From NCBI RefSeq assembly GCF_009914755.1, contig NC_060933.1: a DNA stretch of 64,000 bases. One strand, given 5' to 3'. Source of the DNA: the human T2T-CHM13v2.0 reference genome, Homo sapiens. The notes beneath the pieces were generated by a model that had not been told where the DNA came from, ran no database searches, and saw nothing but the letters and a program-made list of their open reading frames with translations. Both the position numbers and the translations under genes were made by a program. This document shows, piece by piece, positions 58,951 to 64,000 of the stretch (its first letter is position 1; every line of letters starts with the position of its first letter).

Positions 58951-61139
58951 TCTTATTTAATCCTTCTGATTCTCAAAGGTGTAGAGTTTCAGATCACCCC
59001 ATAACCTTCTTGCCACCCACGATGCCATGAAGCTTTAGATGAGAGCTTCAGCAGCTTGTCCATGTTAACTGGATGGGAAGTCAGCAGTCAGCTCCACATC
59101 GTGCTGTTATTTCCTCATTATACGGTACATTTATCTTTTTCCATTCATCAATAACAGGGAGAAGAACTGCATACACATAAGAAATAAATCCCCTGCTTGT
59201 GTGAATGTTATAAATTTTTACATGACATGATAGTCCATATTGTATATTGCCTCCATTATGTTAGAAAGGGCTTTTTCTCTGGGTATTATGGCATCAAGTG
59301 TTCTAGAAATGCTTACAGACACAGGGTGAAGAAAAAGTGATCATATTTACTGGAGCAAATCTGTCACAATGAAGGGTAATGTGTTTGCATGGCTCTCTGT
59401 CGAGGGGTTCTGGGGTGCCCTTTTTATTGAGGTTTCTGATGAGTAGCATGGACCTCCCCCACCAACATTTAGATTCAATGAAATACATAATCAAGTGGAA
59501 TCAGATACAATTAACAAGAATAATATCTGGGTGAGAGCACTGCTGTTCGGCTCAGCAGCTCTGTAAGCCAAGCATGCTTTATCATTTTCCCATCTCCCAG
59601 CCTTTGCTAGCTATCGCTTCCAGGCAACCCACACACTCAAATGCTCTAATAATCAGCCCACAGCCTTCCCTCCTGGGGGTCACAGGAACTAAAAAATAGA
59701 AAGACCTTTTCATTCACACTTGTATTAACTGGAAAAAACATTATCTGTCTGTATTTTTTTTTTTCTGCTGTAAAAGCAAGGGAATATCTCTAGGTTTGAG
59801 ACAGTCTTTTGGGTCTAGTTTTTTTTTTTTTTTGCATGGATTGACATGTAATATGTGACACAGACAGTTCCTGGCCAGGCTAGTTTGAAACAATGTATTT
59901 TAGCAATTAAAAATGAATTAAGCCAATTATATGTGTACTATGATAAAATACAAAATGTAGATATAATGAGGTGCTTAGTGTAGAAAGTAAATATCACTCA
60001 TATTTCTGCTCTAACCTCTTTCCCAGAAAACGACTATCAGTTGTTTGGTGTATATTTCTTCAACATTTTTGGTCCATTAACATTTACATTTATTATTTTT
60101 ATAAAGGTAGGATTAACTTTACATATTATTTTACTATTTACTTTTAGCTATAATTTCAAATAGAAGCAATTTCTTTTCATTAATAAATATTTGGTAAATA
60201 TTACTCTTATATGAAAAGGATGACTGTTGCTTTCCATCTTAAAATAGAGCTCAGTTGATATATCTTAGGGTCCTTTGGCCATCAGTCCTCATGTATATTC
60301 AGTCATTGAACAAATATTTTTTCTGAGCTCATTTGAAGAGCTACCTACTGTACTATGTACTTTGGAAACATTCACATTCTAGCAAGAGAAAAAAATAACG
60401 AGAGGACTTAATAAATGGCAAAAGCTGTAAATTCTCCTTGATTCACAGAATTGCTTGAAGGGCTAATCTAATTTTTAAATTGTCTAATTTTTCTAGATAA
60501 GAAAATTAGGGTCCATCAAGGTTAAGTGATTTGTCCAGGGTTCCACAACTGGTGATTGAAGAGGCTGGGATAACAGGCAGTTTCCAGCCTGTTAAACCAG
60601 TGCTGATTTCATTACACTTGACTGCAAATCAACCCCCACATCAAGAAGAGGGAACAAGGGAACTCCACAAATACTAGCTTGAGCAACGGATTTCTGGCGC
60701 ATTGAAATTCATGCCTTATGTAACTGCTGTTAACCCACAAATGGCTGCAGAGATTGCGTGCCCATCCTCCCGCCCATCCCTGCCCATATAACCCCTCACT
60801 GCACTCTATCTTCTCCTTCTCCATGGCCTGATATTCTCACAATAGAATAACACTTCGAAGTTAGACAACAATCAGCTGTAATATTGAGATCAGGTGGTGC
60901 CCATGTTACCTAGGGAGAGTGTTCATCTGTAAACATATTGGTAGAGATTTATTTTTCAGTTTAGCTTCTTGCCATCTTGAACCTTAAGGAATGAATTCCA
61001 AGATAAATGAATTTTACCTGCTAATTTTAATCAAGTCATGAAATCTTTGTTGTACTAACCAATGATTTTTCTCCATGATAGTAGCATAAATAGAACTCTG
61101 ATTCTTAAATACTCTAATTATCCTTCCCTGCTCTGAAAG

Positions 61140-61400
61140 CAGGATCATGTGGTGGTTAAGAGCTTGGACTAGAGCGTCAGATGGAGCTAGGTTCTAGGCT
61201 GAGCTCTGCCATCCACTAGCTTTGTGATGTTATTCCAATTCCTTACTCTTATGAAGTCTCAGATCTTTTATCTGTGATATGGAGATAATAAAAGTACCCC
61301 TCCCACAGTGATGTTTTTATGAGATAAATAAATTACTTGCCTGAACACAGAGTCCACAACATGACCAATGAAACTGTAGCTGCCATTATCATTCATTATT
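61140..61400 (+). mobile_element. MIR
   Basis: gtggtggttaagagcttggactagag...ctctgccatccactagctttgtga...tatctgtgatatggagataataaaagtacc. Confidence 0.75.
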
Positions 61401-61509
61401 TTTGATATACCCATGATATACAGCTATAAGGGCTATATCACTTGACATAGTGCTTAGAACCATTTAGATGTCAAGCTTTAAAATACTGAATAACACTCTT
61501 CTTACCTTC

Positions 61510-61880
61510 TGTATTAGTCCATTTTCACACTGCCGATAAAGACATACCTGAGACTGGGCAATTTACAAAGGAAAGAGGTTTAATGGAGAACTCACAGTTC
61601 CACGTGGCTGGGGAAGCCTCACAATCATGGCAGAAGGCAAGGAGGAGCAAGTCACATCTTACGTGGATGGTGGCAGGAAAAGAGAGCTTATACAGGGAAA
61701 CTCCTGTTTTTTTAAAACCATCAGATCTCGTGAGACTCATTAACTATCGTGAGAACAGCACAGGAAAAATCCACCCCATAATTTAGTCACCTCCCACCGG
61801 GCTCCTCCCATGACACATGGGAATTGTGGGAATTACAATTCAAGAAGGGATTTTTGTGGGGACACGGCCAAACCGTATTG
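61510..61880 (-). mobile_element. THE1B-like solo LTR (antisense in intron 1)
   Basis: tgtattagtccattttcacactg...gggacacggccaaaccgtattg; TSD ccttc/cctcc. Confidence 0.92.
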
Positions 61881-62479
61881 CCTCCTAAAAAAAAAAAAAA
61901 AAAATAGAGACTTAAACCAGAAGTTGAAAATATGACTCAATATGCTAATAATTTGAAAACTTTTCAGAATATCATCTTTAGTCATTGCTGATCCATGAAC
62001 TGTAGAATTCAGAACATAGCAAGAGGTGGGAAAATGAAAGCATTTGATCAATACATCAAAACTTTGCTATAAAAATTAAACTTCAGCCCTCTTTGTCTGC
62101 ATGATTTTATTTTCATGCAAATACTTGGGAATTGGTGATAATGTCTACCTTTCTCAAGCATAAAGATAACACTATTATCACTATTAGTTAAATATGTTTT
62201 TTCAAGTCTCATTTGCCTTAGTTATACTGGTAGGTCACCTGGATGTAGACACATATATATGCTTGCACAGAATCATGGAACTGAGGTGTGAATGTTAAGA
62301 ATCCCAGCCACTTACTCAGTGCTGGAATCTCTTTTTTCATACTATGTCACAAGAAACTGTCCAGCCTCTCCTTTTTGGCATCAGGGCTCCATTTCTTCCC
62401 CTTCTTGGTGACTATAATGGATATACCCAAGATAGAATCTGATTGGGTGTGAGCTGTGGTTGACCAGGATCCTGAGAGT

Positions 62480-62880
62480 TGTTCATCAAACATCCCAAAC
62501 ATACTTTCATCTCAGGGTCTTTGCGTTTGCTGTTAGCTCAGTCTGGAATGCCTGTTCTGCAAAAACTTGAATGTCTCCCTTTCCCACCACCACATCTGCT
62601 CAAGTGTCATCAGACAGGCCTTCCCTCATAACTGTCTAAAACACTCAGCCCATTAATCTTTAACTCTTTACTCTGATTTGCATTTCTGCATTAGTACTGA
62701 TAAATGCCTTATTATTCATATGTCTGTTTACTTGTTTATTTGTGACCGGCCTCCTTCTACTATGTAAGCATCATAAGATGAGGGACTCTGTATATTTTGT
62801 CCATTGTTATACCTCCAAGACCTAGAAGAGTACCTGTCACACTCTATAAATTTAATTAAAATGTATTTAATAAATGAACA
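62480..62880 (+). mobile_element. L2a 3' fragment
   Basis: tctcagggtctttgcgtttgctgtt...tatgtaagcatcataagatgagggact...cctagaagagtacctgtcacac. Confidence 0.75.
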
Positions 62881-64000
62881 AAAGAAAAAAAAATATCGTC
62901 TTGAGAATGGATTTAAGACACCGGTGGCAATCACTAGGTCTGAAACGCAGGAGAGCAAGAGAACATCTAAAATGTGACGTTAGCTCCAGAGGCCCAGAAT
63001 GGGGGAGATCTGTGAACGCATAGTGGAAAATGGTCCCCAATGTAGGGGCTTGGTCCCATAGGACAGCTCTTAATGAGGCAGAGGTGTCTCAACCTGGGTT
63101 TCGAGTACATGGATCTCTGGTAGTTGGGGCATATGCCAGAGAGCTTACTTATGCCATGAGTCTATTTCACTGTGGGACCTTCCAACATTAAAGCTTTCTT
63201 CTTGATGGAGCTGAATTCTGCCTCCCTCTAGCTAGTTAATGGAAGATGGCCAGGTAAAGCGGTGCAATTCATATGGAAGAAGATGAAATTAAGTGGTACC
63301 CATAGAAATACAACTCCATTTTATATTAATATAAAGACTCATTTGTCTACAACAAAATAAGCAAATGCGACACAGATTAAGGAATCAAGGTGAGAAAATA
63401 CCTTTGGTGAACTAAAAATATTTAGGACATATACCTTCTTATTTCTATATATGAACTGTTATTGAGGAAACACAAATTTCTATGGGAAATCTAGCTATCT
63501 TGGGATCTTTAAGTGTGAATGTACCTCTGGCTACTAGGTTTGGTTCTGGGTGAAATGCTGACAGATGTTCTTATGTGGTTTATTGTGGTCTGTGTGGTCT
63601 AGGGGACAGCAGCCAGAGGCAGCTCTGTGGAGGACTTTGGGGCCATAAAGAAGCTTTGGACTACTTGAAGTTGTGCCTGGAGTCCCTCCTGGGGAAGCTG
63701 TGTAAGGAGTGGCAGTGTTGCCTGAAAAACATAAGTCTGAGTCTCCGTCTCTGTGGATTTCCTTGGAGAGCAATTATTGAATGTTTTATGGTTCTCTTGC
63801 TTTGAACAGAAGTTTTCACTCACTTAAATGCCAACTACATGGAAGAATGTACTAAACCAATTGAAAAGAAATGTAAAATTCTTGGAAAGTTTAACCATGT
63901 TAAAAGAGAATATGATGGCCTAGACTCTTAAAAGATGTTAGCTTTTATGAGCGTCATCAGGGAAGGTAAGTCTGGAGGCAGGTGGTGGAAAGCTAAACAC

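Overview
Human genomic DNA (AT-rich, dense in primate and mammalian repeats). No protein-coding exon, tRNA, rRNA or CRISPR array is supported. About 50 kb of repeat-rich intergenic sequence leads into a CpG-island promoter (~50.1-52.2 kb) with a non-coding first exon on the + strand ending at a consensus donor (GAG|GTGAGT, 51066|51067). From memory this is the 5' UTR exon of PLPPR1 (LPPR1/PRG-3); I could not verify this by search. The rest of the window is its first intron. The most striking element is a very young L1HS Ta-1 insertion (5161-8992 including target-site duplications, TSDs) with a twin-priming 5' inversion and a 17-bp TSD, probably polymorphic. Other points of interest: a U3-only LTR12/ERV9 LTR still flanked by direct repeats; three uORFs in exon 1, two of them back-to-back and both ending S-R-T-A-x-stop; and a perfect 27-bp palindrome centred on a STAT5-type GAS site. 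I found no convincing novel multi-gene system. Subfamily names and boundaries of old repeats were assigned by eye and are approximate.
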